DNA of 64,000 bases from the human T2T-CHM13v2.0 reference genome, Homo sapiens. The stretch is taken from the NCBI RefSeq assembly GCF_009914755.1, contig NC_060935.1. The stretch is one strand, 5' to 3'. The position numbers were made by a program, and so were the translations under genes. Below, one piece after another: positions 15,524 to 28,863 of this stretch. The stretch's first letter is position 1. Each line of letters opens with the position of its first letter. The notes below the pieces were generated by a model. It ran no database searches. It was not told the origin of the DNA and saw only the letters and a program-made list of their open reading frames with translations.

Positions 15524-15989
15524 CCACCCTAGATGAGATAGGGAAGGGGAATAGGAGCAAGAGAGAGTCAGGAAAGTTTCTCAGAAGTAATATTTAAATA
15601 AAGACCTTAACATAAGTAGGCAATAGCCTGCCAAGAGGATAGGGTGAGAGAGAATCCAAGATAAGGAAACATGTGATAAGGTACTGGGGCATGAAGGAGA
15701 GTGTTTGAGAAACAGAAACAAAGTGATTTGAGTGCAGAGTGGAAGGAGCCAGTAATACTAAGTAAAGATAGAGAAGTTGGGAATGAAGAAACCAAATCAT
15801 GAAGGCCATTCAGGCCATGATACAATTAAAGTATTGGTTCAGTATGCAAGCTATGAAAGAATGAAATCGTTTTTAAAATAGTGTTAATAGAATGATAAAA
15901 TTAAAAGACTTGTGTCTAAGTTAGAGATAAGTGAGCTTGCAGACTCCACTAAATAAACAACCATATTCTTGGAGGATTAATATAATCTA

Positions 15990-16795
15990 AAGCAGGACTA
16001 TTAGCATACTGTAAATCTCTGCCCTAATCACAGCCTAGTCAACATTTTTATAATAACTTGGACAAGGTAAAGTTGGAATGCTTACTAAATTTAAATTCCC
16101 GGGTGACAGATTAAATATCTGAAAGATCTGGACAGGCTAAACTATTAAATAAAAATCTTAGAGGTAGAAGTTTAGTAGGAATTCATATGTAAAGATCTGT
16201 TCTCACATCTAAATAACTAGCACTACAAATACAAGATAAGAAAGAAGTAGCTTAAAAGCAAATTGTGAAAATAAATTTGGGGGCTTTCATTGGCTGCAAG
16301 TTCAATATAGATTAATTATATGATGTGTCTAATAGGAATAATAATGCAATTTTAGGTAACATACTGACCTGGAAAAAAAGAGAGGGTAGGGCTGTTTTAC
16401 TCATCATTGATTGACCTGGAAAACTGTGTACAATTTAGGGCCCCACAAAGAGGAATACTGAAATAACTAGACAGAACAGAGAAGAGTGAGCAGGATGATG
16501 AGAAGCCAGATAAATAGTTGAAGAGGCTAGGGATATTTAACCTCGAAACACTTAAATGATACATATTCAAATATATGAAAGGCAATCACAGACTAGGAAT
16601 TAATTTCAGGACCAATGATAAATATTTAAAAGAATAGATTTCTGTTAGATATAAAACAGATTTTTTAGAGAAAGTATAGCTGTCAGAAATGGAACAAGCA
16701 GTGACGGGATGGACACTTGTTGCAGACAATTTAGAGGAGATTCATGAACAAAGTGAGATTTTGGTGATCACCAAAGGCCCTTCTGATGCTGAGAT
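15990..16795 (+). mobile_element. L3/CR1-like ancient LINE fragment
   Basis: RT-end-like motifs (ttgaagaggctagggatatttaacct) and a 3' end aaggcccttctgatgctgagatc. Confidence 0.5.
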
Positions 16796-17198
16796 CAAAA
16801 GTAAATCAATCAACAACACTGTCCTGAAGCAGATACTGAAAAAAAATAGTCATTATCATTTGTCTTATACTACATTGAGTATCAAATATGAGAATCTTCT
16901 AGCTTTTAAAGTTCTATAGAATGTAGCAAAACACTACTCAGAGTGGTCAGTGAATCATTAAGCATGAGAACTACCAACAAAAAGCAGTTAATAGTGAGTA
17001 ATTCATTGCAAATGTAATTCAACAAAGAAATTTTTGGAATTCTAATTAATTCATTCACTTAAAAGTATTTTCATCTCTCACTATGTTTTAGGCACTATAA
17101 CATAGACTATTCTTACTAATTATTTATTTGAATATTAATATTTTTGAGGACCTATGATATGCCCAGTTCCATCGTAGATATTAGGAGAGTTTTGGATA

Positions 17199-17288
17199 TT
17201 TTTTTTTTTTTTTTTTGAGATGGAGTCTTGCTCTGTCACCCAGGCTGGAGTGCAGTGGCACGATCTCGGCTCACTGCAAGCCCTGCCT
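17199..17288 (-). mobile_element. 5'-truncated Alu right-arm fragment (AluY-like)
   Basis: PolyT followed by gagatggagtcttgctc...ctgcaagc. TSD-like tggatattt / tggagattt. Confidence 0.85.
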
Positions 17289-17485
17289 TGGAGATTTTTT
17301 TAAAAGTAAAAGACAAAAAGTTATCTTTAGTTAAAGAAATAAGAATGATACACAAAACAGAAATACTGTATAAACAATTTTATGGTTTATGATACAGAAA
17401 AAAACAAAAGAGGTTATGAAAAGAAGGTATTAGTAAACCAAATAGATAAAGTAGGATTTAAATAATATTTTAAAACTTTGCAGGC

Positions 17486-17980
17486 TGACCTGCCTTGTAG
17501 AAGACTCAGAGAGCCCACCTAAGCCATGCCTGAATTCCTGACCCACAAAAATTGAGAAATAGTATGTGCTTTTTTCTTTAAGCTGCTAAATTTTGGGATA
17601 ATTTGTCAGGCAGCAACATATAACTAATACCAATTTTAGAAAAGAGATAATACAGTGTATTCCATTATTATTGAAAGTATTTGTTGCCCCTCCCTGAAGG
17701 AAAAGTACACTTCCCACCTTATTCATGTCAGGTTTAGCTGTGTCACTTGCAATGCTCTTCCCCGTGGAAGGGCCAGACATCCTCACACTGTTGAATTAAG
17801 AAGATGGCATGTGACTTGCTTTGACATATGCAAGTGTAGCTGCAGTCAACCCACACCAACATGTAGCATGAGTGAAAAATAATACATTTCTATAAGCCAC
17901 TGAAAGTTATAGGGCAAAATAATACACTGAAAGTTGTGGAGTCATTTGTTACCATAAAATAATATATCCTAACTGACACA
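17486..17980 (+). mobile_element. Two adjacent MLT1 LTR fragments (about 17486-17630 and 17655-17980)
   Basis: MaLR 3' motifs aagctgctaaattttgggataatttgt...taactaatac and aagccactgaa...cctaactgacaca. Confidence 0.65.
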
Positions 17981-18384
17981 ACTCACTGAACTTTGAATAG
18001 ATGGAGAATTGGAAGATTATTCCAAGTGAGCAGAAAATAGCATAAAGAAGGGTAAGGAAGCTGGGCATCCCATGTGTCACTGAATGCTCTGGAACATTAA
18101 AGAGACTGATCTAGCTACAACTAAAGGTCCATGTTGGGTACTTGTGAGTTGTGGGTGATTAAGTCGGATGACTGAGCAAGATCACATAGTGAAGTTTCTT
18201 TAATGTGAAAATCGAGAATGTGCAGATTGTCATGAAATGTAACATTTTGAACAACAAAAAAATTGAGGGATATTTAGGGAGATTACTCTGACAATACAAA
18301 GGATTAAGATTTAGGAATAGAATTTAGCTGTCTAAATAGTGAATAACAATTATGTGATAACATTTAAGAAGTACAAATAGCTTA

Positions 18385-18612
18385 CTATATTTGGTACATA
18401 TTGCCACAGTAATATTGCACAACAAACCACCACAAAACTCAGTGGCATAAAACAATAAGCATTCACTTAGCTCATGAGTCTGCAAGTTAACAGGGTGGTT
18501 CTGCTGGTCTTGCCTGGGCTTGCTCACATGTCTTGGAATCAGCTGGCTGTCAGCTGAGCTAGGGTGACCTTGGCTGGAACAAGTGGGGCAAATTGGTTCT
18601 GCTCCATTTGTC
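18385..18612 (-). mobile_element. MLT1H/G-like LTR fragment
   Basis: acaaaccaccacaaaactcagtggcataaaacaataagcatt...ctcatgagtctgca. Confidence 0.7.
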
Positions 18613-20109
18613 TTTTTTCTAAATAATATATGGAGGTGAAATTCACATAACATAAAATCAACCATTTTAAAGTGAAGAGCTCAGTGGCATTTAGTAGATT
18701 CAAAATGTGCAACCACCACCTCTATATAGTTCCAAAATATTTCCATCATTCCAAAGTAAAACCACTTATACATACATTAAGCAGAGTCTCCTTTTCCCTC
18801 AGGCCATGACAAACACCAATCTGCATTCTGTCTCTGTGGATTTATTCGCTCTGGATGTTTCAAATAAATGGAATCATATAATATGTTACCTTTTATGTCT
18901 GGCTTCTTTCACTGAGCATAATGTGTTCAAGATTCACCCATACTGTAGCATTATCAGCATTTCATTCCTTTTCATAGCTGAATAACATTCCATTGTATGT
19001 ATATACTACCATTTGTTCCTACAGTTGCAGGACATTTGGCTTCATGAACATTCATGAACATTTGGCTTTTGGCTATTACGTATAGTGTTGCTATAAACAT
19101 GCATGTACATATACTTGTTTGAGTACCTGTTTTTAATTTTTTTTGCCTAAATATCTAGGAGTGGAATTGCAGGGCCATGTGGTAATTCTGTGTTTTTCTC
19201 TTGGAAGACTCATCAAATTGTTTTCCAAAGTGGCTGCACCATTATCCATTTCCACAAGCAATGTGTGAGGGTTCCTTCCACTTTCTTTACATCCTCAACA
19301 ACACTTGTTATTCTCTGTGTGTGTGTGTGAGTATGTGTGTGTGAGTTTTATTATAGCCATCCCAGTATGTGTGAAGTAGTACTTCATTGTAATTTTTGAC
19401 TTGCATTTCCCTAATGATTAAGGATGTTGAGTGTCTTTTCATGTGCTTGTTGCCATTTGTATAACTTCTTTGGGAAAACGTTGATTCAAGTCCTTTGCCC
19501 ATTTTTTAATTGAATTGTTTGTATTTTGTTGTTGAGCATGAGTTCCTTATATATTCCAGGTTTTAAACCCTTTTCAGATAGATAATTTGCAAATATTTTT
19601 TCCATTCTATGGTTTGTCTTTTCACTTTCTTGATAATGTCCTTTGGTGCACAAAAATTCCAAATTTAATGAAGTCCAATTTAGCTATTTTTTTCTTTTCT
19701 TTGCTCATACTTTTGATATCATTTCTAAAAACTGATTGCCAGATCCACAGTCGTGAAAATGTGAACCTATGTTTATTTCTGAGTTTTATGGTTTTTGCCC
19801 TTTTATTTAGATTGCTGATCCATATTGAGTTAATTCATGTTTATGATGTGAAGTATGGGTCCAACTTCAGTCTTTTGCATGTGTATATCCAGTTCTACCA
19901 GCACCATTGATTGAAGACACTATTCTTTTCCCAGTGAATGGTCTTGACACCTTTGTCAAAAGTCAATTGGCCACAGATGTATTGGTTTATTTCTGGACTC
20001 TGAATTCTATTCCATTGATCTATATGCCTATCCTTATGCCAGTACCACACTCTTTGAATTACTGTAGTTTTACTTGTAGTAAGTTTTGAAATTGGGAAGT
20101 GTGAGTTCA
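18613..20109 (-). mobile_element. L1MB 3' end (3' UTR plus ORF2 C-terminus)
   Basis: gaggtgaaattcacataacataaaat... start; ORF2 peptide [21 protein letters not shown] in ORF 19895-20110. Confidence 0.9.
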
Positions 20110-20119
20110 CTGCAAGTAG

Positions 20120-20312
20120 TTTGCAAGGTTAAGAGTACAGTCCAATCCTCCACAAGACTGTCTTTACTTAAGACAACAGCCACATGTTTGGCGGGTCCCC
20201 ATGCCACTCTTACTTCTGACCAGCTGGCTACAAATTCTGGGATTTATACTACTCCTTCAGGTTAAATAATTTCTAGATGTCTCACAAAACTCAGGAAAGT
20301 GCTATACTTATG
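20120..20312 (-). mobile_element. MER21-like LTR fragment
   Basis: cacaagactg...acttctgaccagctggctacaaatt...aactcaggaaagtgctatactt. Confidence 0.55.
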
Positions 20313-21531
20313 GGGTCAAATTGGTCTAAAACCTTGAGAAATACAGAAGTGCTGTTGGAGAGCAAATAACAAAAAGTCTGAGACTTATGAAGCAGCTTTC
20401 ACTGAGTGGCGTCATGTTTTGATGGTGCTTTTATATGCAAGGGCTATGTAGGGCTTTAAGATTTGTTTGTTTGCCTTTAACTTCAGCGGTGTCTAGCTGC
20501 CTATATTGGGTCATGTAGTTGAATATACAGCTTTGTAGTTGTATTTTTACAAATGGGCCTGTATATAGAGAATAGGGAAATTGACCTTAAATTTTATAAA
20601 ATTATTTGCTTATTATAATAAGCAAAGACTACACAGAATTTGAGCTTGATGGGGCAAAGCTACTAAATGCAGCTGGGATTATCTTCCAATAGTCTTGATG
20701 TTCAGAAAATGCTGGGATTGCATATGGCATTAGTATACTGAGGTGGGCTGTGGAGGGCTTAGCTCTACTAGCTGATCATGCCTTCCTTACTGTGTAGGCT
20801 GCTACTGCTTACTTAACCAAGCTGTGAACTTCACCTGAAACTTCAGGCAAGTCTCAGATTGGGATTACATTATTTTAGGTGTTGCAAGGTGGAACAATAT
20901 TTGCTGCTTTTCTGTATCTTGAAGGTAAATCTGTAGGCCAGCGCTTTCAAGGATAACGGCAACTGAGTTCTACATGCATGATGGTGAGGTTCTGTCTTTA
21001 AATTGTTAATACTGGGCCTAGATAGGAAGCATTACATCTGCTGCCTTCAATTCTACTCTTCACTATGTTATATTAAACTGCATTCTGGGCCAAAAAAGAA
21101 ATGTGGATGAGATAACATTAGATTCATGTGGCTTGTTGATAAACTTTTAAAGTAACCTCTATCAATCAAAGTAGGCTCTACATTTTATCGTATAAATTTT
21201 AACCATGGTTCTAAATCTCATAAACCCAAACTATGGCTTCACCTACAGAAAGGTGATAGATTTTTTTTAACAAAAGGAACACTCTATCTTCTTCAGTTAA
21301 GATACAGAAACTATTTGAAGAAAGTATTACAAATCGAGGAATCGGATTCCTGAAGGAATCAAGGAGAAAGTAAAGTGGCTTGAAAATATGCTTAATTATT
21401 ATGATCAGAATAGAACAGTGTATGCATGAAAATAAGATAAAATAAGACAAACTGATTTAACTGGAGGAGATCAGAAATTTCCCTAGAAAAATGGTACGCA
21501 TCTGACCCAAGCACACATATTTGACAGATAG

Positions 21532-21534
<3 letters not shown>

Positions 21535-21573
<39 letters not shown>

Positions 21574-21592
21574 ACACACACATACACACACG
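21535..21592. repeat. (CA)n microsatellite
   Basis: Directly visible. Confidence 0.97.
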
Positions 21593-22920
21593 CTAAAACC
21601 TGAGATCCTAAATGCCAGGTGAAGGAGATCCATTCAAGTCTAATTTCTCTTAAAGAAGTTCTTATAAAAGGGTAAAATATTTCATTTGTTACAAAATCAG
21701 AAACAGTAACTGGGACCCAGTGAAACCTATTAGAAGAATAAAGATAAGATCTTGGAGAGCAGACTGAGAACAATCCCCTAGAGGAGACAGTATCTCCAAT
21801 GCTTAGAAGAGTTGGTATTTACATTACAGATAAATTTATAGTAAGAGCAACTGGGGAATCACTTTTGAGGATAGGACAATTATACAAAGAGTGCACATAA
21901 AATCTGGACAAATTGGAGAGAAAGATTGGTATAAAATATTACAAAAAAGTGCTGGGTGAACTCTAAAAATAGATGGGCCTGAGATTAAGGAAAGACAAAG
22001 ACAAGATTAATTACATTACAGCAAATCCAGGCAGAACAATAATTGATCAAAGACTCCAGATCCAAGTTAGATGTTAGACTGTGGGAGAAATACATCCTGG
22101 GTAGGATTATTTAATTAACGGAAGTGAAAATAGGTAAGACTGGTTTGAACAAAGGATGCTATTGACAAACTTAGAACTGATTGACTTCATCTCTCTCACT
22201 ATGAGAGACTCTGCAAGAAAAATATCTAGAGGCATATGTTAGAAAAATATGAGTATGGACCAGAAAGCAAAAGGAAAGTATTAATAAAAGAAAAGAAGAG
22301 ACTCAATTGTGGCAAACAATGCTAACCCCAAGCCTGTCAGAAAAGGGAACTTTCTGAAAGGAAGAAGTATATAGTAGAAGCAAATCTTAAACATTGCAGA
22401 AAAAGAAGTGCCTGACAGAAACACTAACTGAAGAGCAGGAGCATTAAAAAACTGAGGAAAGACCATGTCCTTAGGAGGAAATGGCAGCAGTGTTCGTCCT
22501 CACTGGGACCCTTAGCACATAAGCCTCAGAAACACAAATAGCTGCTTCAATTTGGAAACCCGCCAAAAGTTATTCTACAATTGGAACTGATGTGGAGATG
22601 AGGGGGAAACTGTGCCCATGAAGTAAGTTTCTTAGGCTTAAATAATTCCATAGACAGAAGCTGTTACAGCAACCACTGTGATTGAAGATGCCACTCCTAA
22701 GACAAGATGGATGCTATGCCACCAGACATTGATCACCCTCAGTTGAGCATGGGGTTTAAAAGCACTGACTCAGAAAAAGAAAAGGAAAGAACATTAAGAT
22801 GTTTGGAATTCTTTAAAAGGGAAAAATGATACCTCAAATAAGTCTTTATGACTGGTGCTACTGCCAACACAAACTGCCAGATGTTGCAAGAATGAAACAC
22901 TCTCACTCTCGGTTCCCTAA

Positions 22921-23225
<305 letters not shown>

Positions 23226-23239
23226 CGCCAATAATGATA

Positions 23240-23500
23240 AAAGCTAATTTTATACTATTGAAACATTATACCTTATATTGTTTACCAAGTGTCAGGCACT
23301 TGTTCTAAGGACTTTACATATATTTCACTTAATCTTTGCAATGTTGTTAAGGTAAATACTATAATTCCTATCTTATAGATAAGGAAACTGACTCTCAGAG
23401 AAGCTAAATAATCTGTCCAAGGTCACATAGTAAGTGGCATAACTGGAATTTGAATTCTGGCTCTAAAATCAGGGAACTTAACCAACACTTTGTGCAGCCT
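23240..23500 (-). mobile_element. MIR
   Basis: Core atagataaggaaactgactctcagagaagctaaataatctgtccaaggtcaca. Confidence 0.8.
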
Positions 23501-24198
23501 CTTTGAGACAGAAGACAGTGTGCACTGGTCAATTTTTCCCTCAAGATACTGTAAACTTATGCTGTAACTAATGCCTTAATGGGAGATTGCTTCCCAAGAA
23601 GTTAGGTCACAGGTCATAGAGCCTGGTCAACAGCTTGGGCCGTCTGGCATCTTGGAAAGACTGATGATAATATTTTCTCTTCTCTACCTTCCCTCACTTA
23701 GTCTCTGTTATGGTCTTTGGCAGCAGTCATGTGGGTCTGAATTATGCCAAACATAGGGTCCTGGAAACATCATTTTGCATGCAGTGGCCACATTTCCTGG
23801 GAGTGGCTACTGTTGTGAATGTGCTGGATATGTTGTTGATGTTGTGATAATCATTTTGTTTGCTTGGAAACAAGGCATATGAAAATGTTGGTGTAGACCT
23901 AATTCAACTTCTGAGGTCCTAAGGGATGACACCCACTCCAGGAGCCCAGACGGTAGCTGCTGGAGACATTCCAGCTCCAATCAGGCATCCAGAAGCCATC
24001 TGGCTGATACTGGGAAGAATAAAAATTAGGACTTTTATTTCTTTGCACTTTAACTTGAAGAGTTTGAAACTTTATTGGTTTTTAACTCAAAAAGGTACAA
24101 TAATTTGATCTTGAAATTTGCTTCTGTGTGGACTTTAAAATTTTGGATTTTATTTGAAATTTTATTCTTTTAATTTTAATGTCTCCACAAAAGTTGAT

Positions 24199-24979
24199 AA
24201 TGGGCAAGAGCTAACATTCAAATTCATCTCTATGTTATTGGAATTTTATGATGAAATATCCTGTACTTAATCTAATTTCAGAATCTCCAAGAAATTTATC
24301 AGAGAATATACAAATATTTTGGACAGAATTGCTGGGCATAATTTGGGGTGGGAAATGAAATAGGAAGTGAACATTCAGTATGTCCAGAATGACCTTGGAG
24401 TCAATTTAATTAATGTAGTATTCTAACTCATTTCAGAACCACTAGGGTAAATTTAACAGTACTCATTATGATCTAGAAGGGTCCACAAAGAACGAGGGTA
24501 TGATTATTGGAATGGATCCTTCACAGAAGTCCTAACAGACTAAGGATCTCCTCCCTTGAGAGGGAGAGTGACTCCTCTGGTTCACCATCATGTAATAATT
24601 AAGCCAAAGAAGTTAAGAGATCAAAAAGTTTGGAAATGTTAGGAGGAATGAGTGTGTTATTTAAAACCTCCCTCGAAATCAGACACTGTCTACATCTGTC
24701 TTCCATCTGAAATGCTTGTATAACAGCAAATAGCTGATATATAATTAGTAAATAGAGGAATGATGTCAAAGTGATACAGAAGTTTGGTTAATAAATATAT
24801 GCTTTGTCCTAAACAAAGGAAGCCAAAAGGGTAGGGGTAGAATTCTATTCCAAAATAGTTGTATATTCTCTGATAAATTTTTTGGAGATTCTGAAATTAG
24901 ATTAAGTACAGGATTAATATATTTCATCATAAAATTCCAATAACATAGAGATGAATTTGAATGTTAGCTCTTGCCCATT
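24199..24979. repeat. Near-perfect inverted repeat (arms 24199-24330 and 24841-24979, 510-bp spacer)
   Basis: Manual reverse-complement alignment: the outer 115 bp differ by 1 substitution and one 6-bp indel. Confidence 0.95.
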
Positions 24980-25264
24980 CCTTAAAGGAAGCCCCACTGG
25001 CCCAAATCTCCACTTCACTTCCATCTGCATTGTCTCACACTCTATTGTTTTTGTGCAGCTTTAATATCTTCTAAAGCAGCACTCTGAGATGCCTACCCAG
25101 GCTGTTTACATTATCTCCTAAGTTAATCATTATTGTTTTAGGTAGTATTGTGGTTTTAAAGGTTAATAGATTTTTGAATGGTTTTCCCAAACCCTAGTTT
25201 CCCCATATCCCTGTTATTTTGGTGGGCGTGATTTTGCAGAATGTATTGTTTATGCATAGATACA

Positions 25265-25583
25265 TAATCGGCCTTCCATCTTATTGGGTTCCACATCCCT
25301 GGACTCAACCAAGTATGAATGAAAAACATTTTTAAAATAATAATAACAATACAGAAATAAAAATAATACAAGTTTAAAAACAATACAGTGTAACAACTAT
25401 TTATATAACATTTACACAGTATTAGGTATTATAAGTAAGCTAGAGATTAAAGTAAACAGGATGATGTGCATAGGCTATATGCAAATACTACACCATTTTA
25501 TATAAGGGACCTGAGCAACTGTGGATGTTAGTATGGGGGAGGCCTCCAGTAACCAATCCCCCACGGATACCAAGGAATAACTG
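25265..25583 (-). mobile_element. MER2 (TcMar-Tigger) MITE
   Basis: TIR ...ggataccaaggaataactg followed by TA; reverse-complement homologous to 58846-59172. Confidence 0.85.
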
Positions 25584-25803
25584 TATATGTACCAGCATGT
25601 TGACCATCTGTAGGAATATGGCATTTGTACACAGTAGGTGAGTAGGTGTACTCCTTTCTACTGTAGAAAGGATAGATCTATACAAGAACCATAACAAAAT
25701 AACTTTTTCATACGTAACAATAAAAATGTCTTTATTAAAATCATCTTCTGTGGTAGAGGTTGAATTCAGTAATGACTTCTTCCATGTGGCCTCACATAAA
25801 TTA

Positions 25804-26144
<341 letters not shown>

Positions 26145-26469
26145 TTAGAATAAAATCTAAAAATAAGCAATTTGCCAATCCTGTTGGTCTTTTCAAAGGT
26201 TTACTTGACAAACTAAAAGTAGTTTAATATTATATCAAATGTGCTTATTTCTCATAGCATAGAAGGAAAACTTAAAAGTATACCTAATTCCAAAAAAGAA
26301 GCAATAGGTAGGAGAAAATTTTTATTTTGTGTATCTGTTGCTTTTAGTCCTTGGTACAATTACACTTCTAATCTGTGCTTATAAATAAAAAGTAATTGCT
26401 ATGATTTTAACATTAGACATTTTTAAAAGATTTTTTCTGATCTGATACAAAGCAAGAAAAAAAAGTCAC

Positions 26470-26911
26470 ATATCGAATCAAAAGAGTATCAGCATTTATT
26501 TGTTTAAATTAAAAGATAACTTTCACATAAAACTTGACCTTTCCCAAGTTGAAGTTCAGAAAACCATCCAACACAAAAGTTTAGGGATCTCAATCATTTG
26601 ATGCACAACATCATAGAAACAAAGAAAAAAGAAGTTCAAAAACCTAATGTTAAGTGACTAGGGTGCTACAGACTGGAAGTTCCTCCAACAGGATTAGCTT
26701 CTTTAAATATTTTAAGTCCAGTGAACTTGTAATGCTTCCACATGTTAGTGGTTGCACAGGCTAATTTCAGCTGGCATAAGCTTTTATAAGGATGCAAAAA
26801 CAGAGGGCAAGGCATGCATTAAAATGTGATAATAGCACACTTCTGGGATACGTGAAGCACGAGTCATGAATCCGAATGCCTCTGGCATCCATGAAGTATC
26901 ACGTCTCAGAG
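26470..26911 (-). other. DCDC1: Probable 3' UTR of the short DCDC1 isoform (cleavage site approximate)
   Basis: Follows the TGA at 26914-26912. The first canonical AATAAA I find downstream on the minus strand is at 26500-26495, followed by U/GU-rich sequence. Confidence 0.6.
26495..26500 (-). terminator. Polyadenylation signal AATAAA (intronic polyA for the short isoform)
   Basis: tttatt on the plus strand, about 410 nt after the stop codon. A second candidate lies near 26321-26326. Confidence 0.55.
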
Positions 26912-26922
26912 TCAGTGCTTTC
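26912..26922 (-). CDS. DCDC1: Coding part of the DCDC1 alternative last exon (short isoform, ends G-K-H-stop)
   Basis: Acceptor acttatcaaaacag|GA AAG CAC TGA. The phase-1 G from the 94-nt exon gives GGA AAG CAC TGA, matching the recalled C-terminus ...EDISKGKH of the short DCDC1 protein. Confidence 0.85.
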
Positions 26923-28314
26923 CTGTTTTGATAAGTAATTCTGTTATACCATATTTGGGAGGAGAAAAATAAACTTTCTAAATATAAATCTTTCATCTTA
27001 ACGAAGATCCCTTATAGTTTCAATTCTAGCAGTTCATTCAAATCTGATGTTTTAATTCCAGGTGAACTGGAAATAATTCAAGTCTAGATAGGGTATTAAG
27101 AAAATATGTTGTTTATTTTTATTAATGCAAGTTTAAGAGCAATTTCAAAATATTGTTGATCATAAAGAAAATCTTAGCCAGAGTAATGGAAGAGGAGACA
27201 AAAATGCAAGAAAGAAAGAAATCAACATTAATAATGACACTCTTATTAACCCCAAAGAACAAAAGGAAGGATTCTTTGTGTTACATGTTTTACAGGTAAA
27301 TAACCTTACCTAATCCTTCTAGATAATGGGTAGGTATCTACAAGAGATTTGAAATCTTCAGATAAAAACATGTAATAAAATGAAAAATAGTTATGATATC
27401 TAATAAAAACATTTTTTAAAAGGCCAAGAAAAACAAATTTACTTTCTGAATACACACATATGTAATCCTTGGCCAAAAAATTTGAGTTAGAAACAATAAG
27501 TATCAAACTATCATAGTTATCATTCAGTAAGTATTAATTAAGGATGATAAATCAAGGAAAGAGTCTGCTTTTATATAGTACAAGTGAGAAAATGGGAAAC
27601 AAATGGAAGTATCTGCTGTAGCAACATCCCAAAATCACTTCAGTTGTCGGAATCACTACCCTTGCAGTTAAAGGCATGTTATTTAATATCTTGGCCCTCC
27701 TCAAGCATGGAGTTAAAGTTTGGATGAAGTTATAGGACCATTTCAATAACATATTTAAACTCACAAATGTGGAATTTCTTTTCAGAGGCTAGCAAAACAA
27801 AACAGTATCTCTAGAGATATTAGATGGATATCTAATCTCTTTTGACAAAGACAATGAAATTACTTTAAAGTACATTTCATAACTTTTTTCTTGCCTGAAG
27901 ATGAGCTACTTTTAATAGTATAACAGTGGAACCAACTAAATGTCCAAGAGTAGATAGTTTAATTCATTCATGCCACATTTATGAGTGTCAGCTATGTCCC
28001 AGGAACTGTGCTTACTACTGGTATTACAACAAAGATAGTGTCTCTTCTTGCCCTCTTTTATGTTACATTGTGGTAGAAACAGATCATGTAGGAGAGTGAT
28101 ATAGGATTCATTCAAAAATCCAAGTACTATTTATTGAGTGCCTGTTCCCAGGAAGCCTGTAGCCTGGTAGGAAGGGTGCATACATACAAAAAAGTAACAA
28201 AGCAATACAATAATTACATCCTGTATGGAAAGTACTAGGAAAACAAATGGAGTTCTGACATAGACGAGACAGTAAAGTGGAAAGAGAGAGGGAGGCAGAA
28301 AGAGAGAGAGAGAA

Positions 28315-28525
28315 CAGAGTACAATGGTTAAACGCTGCTACTGGAGCCAGCCTGCCAAGGTTTGCATCCCAACTCCACCACTTGCTAGTTGTGTGATGTT
28401 GAGCAAATTACCTAACTTCTCTGTACCTCAGTTACTGCAATAAATAGGAATTACAGTTTCTCTGAGAACTAAATAAGTTAATGTTTGTGATAAGCTTAGA
28501 ATAGTGCCTGGTCCAGAATAAGTAC
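28315..28525 (+). mobile_element. MIR
   Basis: gttgtgtgatgttgagcaaattacctaacttctctgtacctcagtt. Confidence 0.75.
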
Positions 28526-28635
28526 TACCTAGTAGTAGAGTTGATAAATGCAAGAACCTAGTGAGTGAATTTCTCTATTGTCAAATTAATTCCTACTCTG
28601 TCAATTCTGTGACAAGGGATACATACTTTGAGGGA

Positions 28636-28863
28636 CAATGATGTGCCGGAGCCAACTTGTACCAGTTTGCTAAAACCAATTGTTCTCATCTCTTCTCCAA
28701 ATACTTTATTCAGTGAGTTAAAACCCTTCCCTCTGAACTCTGCATTCAGTAGTAGCTTCAGATTGGCCATGGTGTGAGCACCTATACCATGAAGTTGCTA
28801 AATGCTACAAATCAGGGACTTTTTTTTTCAGACCAATTGATAACATTTATCAGCATACTGCTG
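28636..28863. mobile_element. Arthur1-like hAT-Tip100 MITE
   Basis: caatgatgtgccgg ... atcagcatactgctg degenerate TIRs. Confidence 0.5.

Noticed and set aside
27310-27355. 46-nt pseudo-exon on the minus strand (tttttatctgaag|ATTTC...GATTAG|gtaagg) that would read DFKSLVDTYPLSRRIR into an open alternative frame of the last exon
   Set aside because: The AAG acceptor is weak, it matches no protein I recall, and such site pairs arise by chance. It needs junction reads.
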